A model generated the notes under the pieces. It ran no database searches. It was not told the origin of the DNA and saw only the letters and a program-made list of their open reading frames with translations. A stretch of DNA of 64,000 nt from Candidatus Woesebacteria bacterium (GTDB lineage: Bacteria; Patescibacteriota; Microgenomatia; UBA8517), in assembly GCA_963784785.1 (NCBI GenBank), contig CAWASW010000005.1:9247-73246 (forward strand), in the 5' to 3' direction. The translations under genes were made by a program, and so were the position numbers. Positions 26,863 to 37,593 of the stretch are shown piece after piece; the first letter of the stretch is position 1; each line of letters starts with the position of its first letter.

Positions 26863-27384
26863 GAATCTTCTGCACATTAATCCCCAGCCTTTAGGCTGGT
26901 GGAGCAAGTATAGTTTGTGGCATACTTGAGGGAAATGTTAAAGTACTGGCATGGTGCACACACAAAGCACAGAATTATGATTCATTTGGTATTTTTACCA
27001 AAATACAGAAAAAGGATATTACGTGGCAAAGTAGCTACAAGACTTAAAGACTTATTCTTCAAAGCATGTGAGGTTAACAACTGGTGGATTGAAGAAATTA
27101 CAATATTGCATGATCATGTACATATGCTTATACAAATCCAACCAAACTTGTCCATCTCAAAAGTTGTTAACCAACTGAAAGGTGGTTCATCAAGAATCTT
27201 AAGGAAAGAATTTCCAGAGTTAGAAGAATTTCTTTGGGGTGACTCATTCTGGTCTGATGGCTACTTTGCAGAATCAGTGGGTGCAACAAGTTTCATCCAG
27301 GTTAAAAAATACATTAAAAATCAAGTGGAAAGTATGCCACAGAAGGGGTAAAACCATGGCATTTATGCCATGTGTTTTTTATTT
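26863..27384 (+). mobile_element. IS200/IS605-family element, copy 2 (identical to copy 1)
   Basis: Same 521-bp sequence and terminal hairpins. Confidence 0.8.
26917..27351 (+). CDS. tnpA: IS200/IS605 family transposase TnpA
   Basis: Identical 144-aa protein. Confidence 0.85.
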   Translation: MAYLREMLKYWHGAHTKHRIMIHLVFLPKYRKRILRGKVATRLKDLFFKACEVNNWWIEEITILHDHVHMLIQIQPNLSISKVVNQLKGGSSRILRKEFPELEEFLWGDSFWSDGYFAESVGATSFIQVKKYIKNQVESMPQKG

Positions 27385-27657
27385 ATATGCATTAATGAAA
27401 ATTGAGAAAAAGATTGCTGACACGAAGTTGGTATATATTGAGATACAAATTAATTCTGAATTCAAAAAGCTTTTAGTTGTTCCTGTAGGAATGGGTGGAT
27501 CAGAACTGAATAATATTCGCTTTGTCTCGATTGATACCCCTCTTGGTAGTCTGCTTGCGCAAAAGGGAGTAGGAGACGTGTTTGAATTCAATAGCCAAAA
27601 TATTAAGGTCTTAAAAATTGAATAGCATTTTTGTAAACTTAGATTTATACTTACACT

Positions 27658-28893
27658 ATGCTTGACATAAAATTCATTCGAGAAAATGCAGAGTTTGTAA
27701 AAAAGGCCACCAAGGATAAAGGCTTTGATGAAACTGTTATAGACAAACTTCTTGTTGTTGATAAAGAGAGGAGAGAGTTCATAGGAAAGAGTGAAGAGAT
27801 AAGAGCCAAGAAAAACAAATTAGGAAGAGATGATGTTGAAGAAGGCAAAAAGTTAAAAGTTGAGTTAAAAGAAATTGAAGAGAAGTTAAAAATAAAAGAA
27901 GAAGAATTTGACTCAATAATAATTAAAATTCCAAATGTCTCTGCAACTGACGTTAAAATTGGTTCTGAAAAAGACAACGAAGTAATTAGAAAAGTTGGAA
28001 CTCCAAGGGAATTTTCGTTTAATGTACGAGATCATGTTGATATTGGCCAGATTACAGATTCTATTGATCTCGAAAGAGGAACAAAAGTTGCACAATCTGG
28101 CTTTTATTATTTTAAAAATGATGCAGTACTTTTAGAGTTAGCAATTGAGCATTACGCATTTGAGAAATTAATGTCTAAAGGTTTTACCCCTGTAATTACC
28201 CCAAACGTTGCAAAAGAAAGAAATATTGTAGGCTGTGGATTCCAAGCAAGAAGTGATAATGAAAGACAGATATATCATTTAGAAGGTGAAGACTTAGATT
28301 TAATAGCAACAGCTGAAATTACCTTGATGGGAATGCATATGGATGAAGTGGTGGACTCTAAAAAGTTACCAATTAAATACGTAGGACTTTCAAGTTGTTA
28401 CAGAAAAGAAATTGGAAGTTATGGAAAAGACGTTAGGGGAATACTGCGAGTCCATGAATTTAAAAAGATAGAAATGGTTGTTTTATGTCTTGCTGATGAT
28501 TCAGATAAAATTCATGAAGAACTGCTCTCAATTGAAGAGGAAATTTATCAAGAACTTGGAATTCCTTACCAAGTTATTAAAATGGCAACAGGTGATTTGG
28601 GAAATGCAGCATCAAGAAAATATGATCTTGAGGCTTGGATGCCTTCACAGAATAAATATAGAGAAATAACGTCAGCAAGTAACACTACTGATTTTCAAGC
28701 TAGAAGACTTAATATAAAAGCAAAAGTTGGAAATGAAAACATTTATGTTCATAGTTTAAATGGAACCGTAGCAACCACGTCGAGAACTGTAATTGCGATT
28801 TTGGAAAATTATCAAAATGAAGACGGATCAGTCAATGTCCCGCTAGCCCTTCAAAAATGGATGGGCAAGGAAAAAATCGAAATTAGAGTTTAA
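27658..28893 (+). CDS. serS: seryl-tRNA synthetase
   Basis: N-terminal coiled-coil arm plus class II core motifs. Confidence 0.9.
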   Translation: MLDIKFIRENAEFVKKATKDKGFDETVIDKLLVVDKERREFIGKSEEIRAKKNKLGRDDVEEGKKLKVELKEIEEKLKIKEEEFDSIIIKIPNVSATDVKIGSEKDNEVIRKVGTPREFSFNVRDHVDIGQITDSIDLERGTKVAQSGFYYFKNDAVLLELAIEHYAFEKLMSKGFTPVITPNVAKERNIVGCGFQARSDNERQIYHLEGEDLDLIATAEITLMGMHMDEVVDSKKLPIKYVGLSSCYRKEIGSYGKDVRGILRVHEFKKIEMVVLCLADDSDKIHEELLSIEEEIYQELGIPYQVIKMATGDLGNAASRKYDLEAWMPSQNKYREITSASNTTDFQARRLNIKAKVGNENIYVHSLNGTVATTSRTVIAILENYQNEDGSVNVPLALQKWMGKEKIEIRV

Positions 28894-29947
28894 AATATTT
28901 TTTATTCTTCAGTTTTTCTGGCAATTCACCTAATTTTATTGGAAGATTGCCAAAAGTTTCCACATCTTTTGTGGCTAGATCTAAGGCATTGTAACTTGAT
29001 CTATCTTTATTTGCATTCGATAGATAGACGACTCCATGGGCGAGGTTAATGCGGCATTCTGGAAGACCAATTATTTCACAGGCTCTAAATACGCTATTTG
29101 CAACAACCAATGCAGTAGGCTGGGCTATACCAATATCTTCTGATGCAAATATAACCATCCTTCTGGCAATATAGAGTGGATCTTGGCCGGCTGTTATCAT
29201 TCTGGCAAGATAATAAAGGGCAGCATCAGTATTTGATGCTCTTATTGATTTTATAAATGCTGAAATAGTGTCATAAAAATTGTCACCATTTTTGTCAAAA
29301 CTTAGAGCTCTTTTTTGCATTGCTTCCTCTATTTCTTCAACACTTAAATTTATACCTCTACTTAAACTTGCTGCTATCTCTAAAGTGTTTATAAGTATCC
29401 TTGCATCACCGTTTGAAGCAGTTATCAAGAAAGCGCAAGCTTTCTTATTAATTTTAATATTTAAATGTTTTGTAACTTTTTTTGCAATTTCTTTTAAATT
29501 TTCTTCACTAAGTTGTTTTAGAACTAAAACTCTACATCTTGATAAAAGAGGTGAGATAACTTCAAAAGATGGATTTTCAGTTGTTGCACCAATTAAAATA
29601 ATATCTCCATTTTCTACGTGTGGAAGAAGCTTATCTTGTTGAGCTTTATTAAATCTGTGTATTTCGTCTAAAAATATAATAGGTCTTTCAGACAAAACTG
29701 CTTCGATATCTTTCACTTTTGTATTAACTGCGGAGAATTCATAAAACTTTCTACTGAGTTCTTTAGCAATAATTCTTGCTAGTGTAGTTTTTCCTACTCC
29801 TGAAGGACCATGAAGAATCATAGATGGTAGATTAGCAGATTTGCTGATTAGAAGCTTAGTAATAAAACCATTAGGACCTACTAAATGTTCTTGACCAATA
29901 AAATCAGATAATTTTGAAGGTCTTAATATTTCTGCAAGAGGTTGCAT
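28883..29947 (-). CDS. rarA: replication-associated recombination protein A (RarA/MgsA-like AAA+ ATPase)
   Basis: LAEILRP..L.DFIGQEHLVGPNG, Walker A GPSGVGKTT, Walker B IIFLDEIHR. Confidence 0.7.
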   Translation of the reverse strand: MQPLAEILRPSKLSDFIGQEHLVGPNGFITKLLISKSANLPSMILHGPSGVGKTTLARIIAKELSRKFYEFSAVNTKVKDIEAVLSERPIIFLDEIHRFNKAQQDKLLPHVENGDIILIGATTENPSFEVISPLLSRCRVLVLKQLSEENLKEIAKKVTKHLNIKINKKACAFLITASNGDARILINTLEIAASLSRGINLSVEEIEEAMQKRALSFDKNGDNFYDTISAFIKSIRASNTDAALYYLARMITAGQDPLYIARRMVIFASEDIGIAQPTALVVANSVFRACEIIGLPECRINLAHGVVYLSNANKDRSSYNALDLATKDVETFGNLPIKLGELPEKLKNKKYFKL

Positions 29948-30249
29948 TAATTTGGTTTTTTTGGAACAAATCCTATTTTAGTAACTACTGTCAAATCATC
30001 ATTTGTTTGAAGATTCTCTTTATCATCGTGATTGCCATTTTGAACTCGTACTTCGTGTGAAATCATTTCCAATGCACCTGTTCTATTCATTGTCTGACGA
30101 ATGTATCCTCTTGTTTTTTTAACTAATTCAGCCATTTCGTCTAATAATGTTCTTTCTCTTCCACTCATATTATTGGTAGTGTAGTACAATTTATCAATGA
30201 TTGGAACGACAGTATTGGAAGAGAGAGAATCTAAATACAATGGACACAT
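29947..30249 (-). CDS. hypothetical small protein
   Basis: 100-aa ORF; start uncertain. Confidence 0.3.
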   Translation of the reverse strand: MCPLYLDSLSSNTVVPIIDKLYYTTNNMSGRERTLLDEMAELVKKTRGYIRQTMNRTGALEMISHEVRVQNGNHDDKENLQTNDDLTVVTKIGFVPKKPN

Positions 30250-30836
30250 AAAAGTTGTTCGTACGTGGGGTATGGGAACATATATTCAAGCAGGAGGATT
30301 TAATCCGATTCAATCGGGGCTGACACAATCTGGTGGAATTGTTGAAAGTATCTGGAATTCTACTTTAAAACAAATTCACAGTTCACAGTTGACCATTCAC
30401 AGTATTCTGGTTTTAGGTCTAGGAGGAGGGACTTTGGCAAAGTTGCTTCGAAAAAAATATCCAGATGCAAAAATTACTGGTGTCGAAATCGATCCAATCA
30501 TGATTGAACTTGGTAAAAAGTATTTAGATCTAGATAAATATAATATCGATATCAAAATTGCAGACGCCAACAACTTTAACCTAAACGCTATACTCTATTG
30601 ACCTAATTATCGTAGATATGTATGCAGGTGATAATTTTCCACAAGAATTTGAGAGTAAAGAATTTTTGAATAAACTAAAAAAAAATCCTTTAGTTATTAT
30701 AAACAGACTTTATTACGGCGAAAAACGACCTGATACTGTAAGGTTCGGTAATAGATTAGAAAAGATTTTTAAAAAGGTTACATGGTTCTACCCCGAAGCA
30801 AATTTAATGTTTCTTTGTGAAAATCAATTGAAATAG
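30197..30836 (+). pseudogene. spermidine-synthase-like (PABS family) aminopropyl/methyltransferase with an internal frameshift
   Basis: GxGxG SAM-binding (VLGLGGGTLA) in one frame; characteristic LYSIDLIIVDMYAGD (DxIIxD) continues in another frame from about 30585. Confidence 0.5.
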
Positions 30837-30878
30837 TATCTTGTACTTCTTTCTGTAAAGAAAAATTGAGGGACTTCA

Positions 30879-30886
30879 TAATTTTT
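30879..30886. repeat. 8-bp TSD TAATTTTT, left copy (IS1595-like element 2)
   Basis: Same octamer at 32018-32025. Confidence 0.7.
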
Positions 30887-32017
30887 GGCTTAATGGAACT
30901 AATGTGTTGTTTTTCTAATCCTGTTTTGTTTTATTATCGGCCTTCATTTTTTCAAAGTTGTAATAATATACAAACCATTTAAGGTAACTTTCCCAACGAG
31001 TCTTTTTAAGGCCTTTATGTCTTAACCATCTTTGTCCTATATGCCCAAATGTAGCTTCAATTTCATTTGTTGTTTTTGGCATAGTTGGGTGGTCTAAAAA
31101 CTTGAATGAGGTTTTTGGAAGTTTAATTAGGATCCTGACAGCTTTTCTCACACCTTTATGAATATACCAACTGTGGCCAGAATCATCTGTCCTCATCTCT
31201 TTCAGAAAGAAGAAATTAGCCTTAACCCAATCTTTTAAGATTGTTTCCCAGTATTTCAAAGCTTCATGACTTTCTATGAACCAAATGTGGTTTGCAATTT
31301 TTATTAATTCTTCAATTCTTCTATCTTTTGAGTGTCTACCAAGTGCATTTACAATATCTCTATGCATATGAGCAAGACATATCTGATGTGGAGAGTGGGG
31401 GATACACTTCATCAACCGCAGAACAAATGGCAGTTCCTCCATCTGTTACAGAGCCTGAAAATGTGTATTTTAATTCCTCCTTTATGAACCTCAAATCCTT
31501 AACTATTTTTGTTGAAGCCTCTCTACCAGCAATAGATACATGCAAAAGGTACAAAGTTCCACTTTGTCTATACAGCATCAAGACAAACCATCTTCCAAAC
31601 CAAAGCCCATCAATCAAAAGATATGCAGTATCAATTCTTCCAGACAAAGTTTGATCAAATCTAGGAAGTTTTGGAGGATCAAGAAGCAATAACTTATGAA
31701 ATTCACCCTCCAAATATCTTACAGACAAACCTGAGACAGAAGACAGCATTTCATATGTCAAACCCCACAAAATATACTGTCTGAAAAGATCAACTACTTT
31801 AAAATCTTTCTTTTTATTGTGGTAAATTCTTGAAGTTTTACAAACTTTACAAAACCATCTTTTCTTTCCAGTTCCAGTCTTTCCCCACAGAAACATTTTA
31901 CTATTACAGGATATGCACAAAAGTGTTCTTTGACCCATTGAATACTATTCAAACTCAAAATGAGGCGTATTATCAACTATATCTTTCTGTTATATCAACA
32001 CACTATGCTATTAAGCC
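30887..32017 (-). mobile_element. IS1595-family-like insertion sequence 2 (1131 bp) with frameshifted transposase
   Basis: TIRs GGCTTAATGGAACTAATGTGTTG / CAACACACTATGCTATTAAGCC; 8-bp TSD; Zn-ribbon plus DDE transposase split across two overlapping ORFs. Confidence 0.75.
30915..31938 (-). pseudogene. IS1595-family transposase split into two overlapping ORFs (31360-31938 and 30915-31442)
   Basis: N-terminal C-x2-C...C-x2-C Zn ribbon; DDE region with LIDGLWFG, TDGGTA, KTTNEIEATFGHIGQRWLRHKGL. Confidence 0.65.
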
Positions 32018-32589
32018 TAATTTTTTCTAGGAAGTGGAATTGGATTTACAAACGGTAGAGAAAATCCAGTAACCTTTGCGACTATTAGCAAAAATATAAC
32101 TGAATTAATTACTCCAGCAATAATATTTCCCAAAGTAGATTTACCAAAAATGACATCAATTCCTACGAAAATAATAAGTACTGGCCAGTAGGAAAATAAA
32201 TTTTGCCAAAATTTCCAGATATTGTGAAATACATAAAAACCTAGGTTCTCAAGTAAAAAAGAAGCTCCTAAAAGTACTAATAATACCCCTCCAAATATTC
32301 TTCCGTTTCCATTTTTAACTGCATCTTGAGACTTTGTTTTAATTTCTTCAACGTTTTCCTTAATGTAATCTTCTGATTTTTTACCAAGTGTCGATTTTGA
32401 TGGAATTACTATCCAGAGAATAATATAGATCAATAGTCCAGATCCACCAAAAATAGTTATTAAAACTAAAATAATACGTAGGATTACTGGGTCGATATCA
32501 AAGTATTCTCCAAGACCACCACAAACACCAGCAATAACTTTATTGTTTTCGCTTCTATACAGTTTTGATAGATCGTTTTTGCTAGCCAT
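32017..32589 (-). CDS. PspC domain-containing membrane protein
   Basis: N-terminal VIAGVCGGLGEYFDIDPVILRIILVLITIFGG; last codons and stop lie in the IS TSD. Confidence 0.65.
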   Translation of the reverse strand: MASKNDLSKLYRSENNKVIAGVCGGLGEYFDIDPVILRIILVLITIFGGSGLLIYIILWIVIPSKSTLGKKSEDYIKENVEEIKTKSQDAVKNGNGRIFGGVLLVLLGASFLLENLGFYVFHNIWKFWQNLFSYWPVLIIFVGIDVIFGKSTLGNIIAGVINSVIFLLIVAKVTGFSLPFVNPIPLPRKN

Positions 32590-32629
32590 ATAAAAACAAG
32601 TATAATTCTGTTAGAATTACATTTCAAGC

Positions 32630-35290
32630 ATGTTTAAAAATTTATTCAAGTTCTTAGATCTAAACCAAAGAGAGGTAGATAAACTAGGAAAAACTGTAGC
32701 ATCGGTGAATGCTTCTGAAAATAAATACAAAAAGATAAAGACCGAGGATTTTGTTAAAGAGACCCAAAAATTAAAAAAATTAGTGACCAACGACCAATCT
32801 CTAACGACTGTCCTGCCATCCGCCTTTGCTCTTGCTCGTGAAGCATCGCTTAGAATTTTGGGACAAAGACACTATGACGTTCAGTTAATGGCGGCAACTG
32901 CCCTATTTGAAGGAAAAATTGTGGAACAAAAAACGGGAGAGGGTAAAACTTTATCCGCTGTCCCCGCTTTATATTTAAGATCTTTGACAGGGAAAGGTGT
33001 TCACCTTGTTACAGTCAATGACTTTTTGGCTCGCCTTGGGGCTGGCTGGAATGCCCCAGTCTTTGCACTTTTGGGTATGTCGGTTGGGGTAATCGTTCAG
33101 GAAAATAAATCCTTTGTCTATGATCCTAACTTCCGTGATGATAGCCATGGCGACGAGAGACTTGCTCATTTAAAACCTTGTTCTAGAAAAGAAGCCTATG
33201 CATGCGATATTACTTATGGTACAAACAATGAATTTGGATTTGATTATTTGAGGGATAATATGGTTCAAAGTTTAGATGAAATGGTGCAACGAGAACATTA
33301 CTTTGCAATTGTTGATGAGGTTGATTCGATTTTAATTGATGAAGCTAGAACCCCACTTATTATTTCAGCACCTGATACTGAGCCAACTCAAAAATATTAT
33401 CAATTCGCTCAAATTGTAGATAAATTACAACTAGATTCAGATTATAAGGTCGACGAAAAGTCTAAGAGCGCATCGTTAACTGAAACTGGTATTAATAAAG
33501 TAGAAAAAATATTGGGAGTCGATAACTTATACGAAAAAGATTTTGAAAGTATTCATCATATTGAAAATGCACTACGAGCAAGAAGTCTGTACCTTAAGGA
33601 TAGGGATTATGTTGTAAATGACGCAGGAGTAACAATTGTCGATGAATTTACAGGTAGATTAATGACTGGTAGAAGGTGGTCAGATGGACTTCATCAAGCA
33701 GTTGAAGCAAAGGAAGGCGTTGTCATCCAACAAGAGAGTAAAACACTTGCAACGATCTCTTTCCAGAATTATTTCAGAATGTATACGCATCTCTCCGGTA
33801 TGACAGGTACTGCAGTAACTGAAGCAGAAGAATTTAAGAAGATTTACAAACTTGATGTTGTTGCAATTCCAACTCATCGAGACAATGTTAGAATTGATGA
33901 AGGAGACTCTATTTACAAAACTCTTTCAGGAAAATATGGTGCAATCGCTGCAGAGGTTGAGGAAAGATATAAAAACGGCCAGCCAGTTTTGATAGGAACT
34001 ACTTCAATTGACAAAAATGTAATTATTTCTGATTTGCTAAAAAGAAGAAAAATTCCTCACAATGTACTAAACGCCAAAAATCACGAAAGAGAAGCAGAGA
34101 TTATTGCAAATGCCGGAAAGCTTAAGGCCATAACAGTTGCTACCAATATGGCAGGCCGAGGAGTTGATATTATTTTAGGTGGTGCAAAACCCGATGATAA
34201 TGCAACTAAAAAAGAAATAGAAACTTGGGAAAGAGCACATAAAGATGTTACAAATGTTGGAGGACTCCATGTCATTGGAACTGAGAGGCATGAATCAAGA
34301 AGAATAGACAATCAGTTAAGAGGAAGAGCAGGAAGACAGGGAGATCCGGGGTCTTCTAAATTTTATCTTTCACTAGAGGATGATTTGATGAGGATTTTTG
34401 GTGGGGATCAAATAAAATCTCTGATGGATAAACTTGCAATACCTGACGATCAGCCAATAGAAAATGCGTTAGTAAGTCGTGCTATTGAACAATCACAAGT
34501 TAAAGTTGAAGGCTTCCATTTTGATACTAGAAAAAGGCTTGTTGAATTTGACGACGTTGCTAATCAACAAAGAGAAATTATCTATAAATTAAGAAGAAAA
34601 GTTTTGGAGAGTAAAAATTTAGAGGATGAGGTTTTGGAAAAGCTTGGTATTCATGCAGGTAGAATTTCACAAAGTGCAGCCATGCCTGCCGGAGAGGCAG
34701 GGAGTATGGATTACGATGAAATCGTTGCCGGATTTTTGGAAGTAGTTCCTTTTGATCCACAGTCTACAAAACAATTTAAGAAAGAACTTGAGAAAAGAGA
34801 TAATCCACAGGCAATAGAAGAATTTTTAGAAGCAGTTTTTACTGATATGTATAAATCAAGGGAAGCGCAAGTTGGTGAGGAAACAATGCGCCAAGTTGAA
34901 AAGTATGCATATTTAGGAAGTATTGATCATCATTGGATTGATCACATTGATGCAATTGATGATCTTCGAAATGCTATTGGACTTCGCGCATATGGTCAAC
35001 GTGATCCTCTTATTGAATTTAAAGGTGAAGCATATGAAATGTTTGAAGGACTTTTGGTACGAATCGATGAAGAGATCGCTAGAAGAATATTCAGAATTGG
35101 AGTTAACATTCCACAATCAGAAATTCCTACAAACATCACAACAACGGCTGTTGGCGATTCGTCGTTAGATAAAGACCAAAATCCTAAATCAAAAATCTTA
35201 AATCCTAAATCTAAGTTAGGTCGTAACGATCCTTGTTGGTGTGGTTCGGGCAAAAAATTTAAAAAATGCCACTTTCCAAAAGTTGGATAA
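32630..35290 (+). CDS. secA: preprotein translocase ATPase SecA
   Basis: DEAD-like motor domains and C-terminal Zn finger CWCGSGKKFKKCH. Confidence 0.95.
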   Translation: MFKNLFKFLDLNQREVDKLGKTVASVNASENKYKKIKTEDFVKETQKLKKLVTNDQSLTTVLPSAFALAREASLRILGQRHYDVQLMAATALFEGKIVEQKTGEGKTLSAVPALYLRSLTGKGVHLVTVNDFLARLGAGWNAPVFALLGMSVGVIVQENKSFVYDPNFRDDSHGDERLAHLKPCSRKEAYACDITYGTNNEFGFDYLRDNMVQSLDEMVQREHYFAIVDEVDSILIDEARTPLIISAPDTEPTQKYYQFAQIVDKLQLDSDYKVDEKSKSASLTETGINKVEKILGVDNLYEKDFESIHHIENALRARSLYLKDRDYVVNDAGVTIVDEFTGRLMTGRRWSDGLHQAVEAKEGVVIQQESKTLATISFQNYFRMYTHLSGMTGTAVTEAEEFKKIYKLDVVAIPTHRDNVRIDEGDSIYKTLSGKYGAIAAEVEERYKNGQPVLIGTTSIDKNVIISDLLKRRKIPHNVLNAKNHEREAEIIANAGKLKAITVATNMAGRGVDIILGGAKPDDNATKKEIETWERAHKDVTNVGGLHVIGTERHESRRIDNQLRGRAGRQGDPGSSKFYLSLEDDLMRIFGGDQIKSLMDKLAIPDDQPIENALVSRAIEQSQVKVEGFHFDTRKRLVEFDDVANQQREIIYKLRRKVLESKNLEDEVLEKLGIHAGRISQSAAMPAGEAGSMDYDEIVAGFLEVVPFDPQSTKQFKKELEKRDNPQAIEEFLEAVFTDMYKSREAQVGEETMRQVEKYAYLGSIDHHWIDHIDAIDDLRNAIGLRAYGQRDPLIEFKGEAYEMFEGLLVRIDEEIARRIFRIGVNIPQSEIPTNITTTAVGDSSLDKDQNPKSKILNPKSKLGRNDPCWCGSGKKFKKCHFPKVG

Positions 35291-35308
35291 TCAGTATATT
35301 GTTAAATA

Positions 35309-35659
35309 ATGGCAAAACAACAAGAACTATCATACGATACTAAATTAGTTTTGACTTTAGTCTTACTATTTTTGCTTTATCCTGCTGGATTAATTTTAAT
35401 GTTTAAATGGATGAACTGGCCGAAATGGCTTAAGTGGGTGCTAACTTCGCCTGTAATAATTTTTATATTGGCAATTATTGCCACAATTATTATTGGATTT
35501 ATGACCGCCTTTAGTCCTAAAGGCTCAACTGAAAAAGCAGAAGATCGATTTAATGACGTAACATATGAAAATACTTGTACAAAAGAATGTGCCAGTATTG
35601 CAACAGATAATACAATGGATTTTTGTATTCAAAAATGTGTGAGTGAACTAAAAAAGTAA
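35309..35659 (+). CDS. small membrane protein with Cys-containing C-terminal tail, hypothetical
   Basis: 116 aa, two TM helices. Confidence 0.35.
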   Translation: MAKQQELSYDTKLVLTLVLLFLLYPAGLILMFKWMNWPKWLKWVLTSPVIIFILAIIATIIIGFMTAFSPKGSTEKAEDRFNDVTYENTCTKECASIATDNTMDFCIQKCVSELKK

Positions 35660-35772
35660 TAACTAAAACTTCTTGACTTCGGTAATGATTCGTATTAAGT
35701 TCAAGTAGAAGATCAATTGTTTCTAATAAAAACTTCATATCAAACAAGAAACAAATAGGATAGAATTAAGCG

Positions 35773-36345
35773 ATGATTAAATTTGTATATTTTGATGTTG
35801 GAGGTGTGGCGCTTCAAGATTTTACTGGAAGAAATTATATTGAAGAAATTTCAACAAAAATAAAACTTGGTAAATTTGGTAGTTTGTATCATCTTTGGAA
35901 TGTTTTACACAAAAAGTTTCGAACCATGTTTCCTCAAATTTACGAAAAATATATCTTAGGTAGAGTTAAAAAACTTGCTCAGAACAAATCAATTTGGTCA
36001 GTTATCGATAAGTTTGGCAAAACTTCTAAAATTGGATTACTCACAAATATGTATCCAGATTTACTTGATGCTATAAAAAAAGCAGGCTTGTTACCTAACA
36101 ACAATTGGAATGCTGTTGTTGACTCAAGTGTAGAAGGTTTTGAAAAACCAGAAATGAGAATATATGAAATTGCAGAAAAAAAGAGTGGATTTAAAGGTAA
36201 AGAAATATTATTTATTGACAACACTAAACAAAATATCGATGCTGCAATCAAATTTGGTTGGAATGGTTTCTTATATAATCCAAATAATTGCCAAATTTCG
36301 AGTAAAAGGTTGTTTGAATATTATAAAAAAATATATGAAGATTAA
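35773..36345 (+). CDS. HAD superfamily hydrolase
   Basis: N-terminal DxG motif FDVGGV and overall HAD-like pattern. Confidence 0.5.
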   Translation: MIKFVYFDVGGVALQDFTGRNYIEEISTKIKLGKFGSLYHLWNVLHKKFRTMFPQIYEKYILGRVKKLAQNKSIWSVIDKFGKTSKIGLLTNMYPDLLDAIKKAGLLPNNNWNAVVDSSVEGFEKPEMRIYEIAEKKSGFKGKEILFIDNTKQNIDAAIKFGWNGFLYNPNNCQISSKRLFEYYKKIYED

Positions 36346-37071
36346 ATTCACTAAAGAATTAATAATAGTTTTTTTAATATGTGTTTTGGCTTTTTGTTTA
36401 AGAATTTATAAAATAAACACAGATCTTTTGTATCATAGAGATCAAGGTTTGGTCGCCATGGATATATACAAGATTTGGCATGATAAAAAAGTGTCTTTGC
36501 TTGGGGCACCTACCGACGTAGATGGCCTATTTCACTCCCCTGTGTATTATTGGATTTTAACCCCATTTTACGCACTTGGTCGCGGGGATATCGTTTATCC
36601 TGCTATTTTTCAGATCCTGATTGAAATATTGTCTCTACCTTTTTTGTATCTTGCGGTCAAAAAACTATTTAGCAAAGAAATAGCCTTTACTACATTAATA
36701 TTTTATGCTGTGTCATATGGTTTAATATCATACAGCCGTTGGTTTATTACTGTTCCGTTTATTTTGCCTCTTACTAACATACTTCTGTACACTTTAGTTT
36801 TTGAAAAGGGAATTTTTATTAATTCATTAATCATTGGAATGATATCCCAAACTAATGCTGCTGTTGGTATTTTTTATTTGCCATTTTTGCTGTTTACTTT
36901 TAGGAAAAATTTAAATTTTAAAAATATTTTACTTTTGTTGATTGGATTTTTAATCCCTGCTATACCACTAGTGCTATTTCAATTTAGACATGATTTTATA
37001 ACCATCAAGACGATTCTTAACTATTCAGGCAGCTCTTCTGCTGGTTTAGGTTTTTCAGTAGATGTTATTTT

Positions 37072-37593
37072 AAATCTTCTGCACATTAATCCCCAGCCTT
37101 TAGGCTGGTGGAGCAAGTATAGTTTGTGGCATACTTGAGGGAAATGTTAAAGTACTGGCATGGTGCACACACAAAGCACAGAATTATGATTCATTTGGTA
37201 TTTTTACCAAAATACAGAAAAAGGATATTACGTGGCAAAGTAGCTACAAGACTTAAAGACTTATTCTTCAAAGCATGTGAGGTTAACAACTGGTGGATTG
37301 AAGAAATTACAATATTGCATGATCATGTACATATGCTTATACAAATCCAACCAAACTTGTCCATCTCAAAAGTTGTTAACCAACTGAAAGGTGGTTCATC
37401 AAGAATCTTAAGGAAAGAATTTCCAGAGTTAGAAGAATTTCTTTGGGGTGACTCATTCTGGTCTGATGGCTACTTTGCAGAATCAGTGGGTGCAACAAGT
37501 TTCATCCAGGTTAAAAAATACATTAAAAATCAAGTGGAAAGTATGCCACAGAAGGGGTAAAACCATGGCATTTATGCCATGTGTTTTTTATTA
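37072..37593 (+). mobile_element. IS200/IS605-family element, copy 3 (identical)
   Basis: Same 521-bp sequence. Confidence 0.8.
37126..37560 (+). CDS. tnpA: IS200/IS605 family transposase TnpA
   Basis: Identical 144-aa protein. Confidence 0.85.
   Translation: MAYLREMLKYWHGAHTKHRIMIHLVFLPKYRKRILRGKVATRLKDLFFKACEVNNWWIEEITILHDHVHMLIQIQPNLSISKVVNQLKGGSSRILRKEFPELEEFLWGDSFWSDGYFAESVGATSFIQVKKYIKNQVESMPQKG

Larger units (their letters stand above)
26674..27625 (+). pseudogene. Gre-factor paralog (GreA/GreB family) split by an IS200/IS605 insertion
   Basis: N-part (26674-26862) coiled-coil with ARDNAPDATESHSDTRRNQ, like the GreA acidic tip; C-part (27397-27625) VSIDTPLGSLLAQKGVGDVFEF matches the GreA C-terminal domain. 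Confidence 0.55.
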
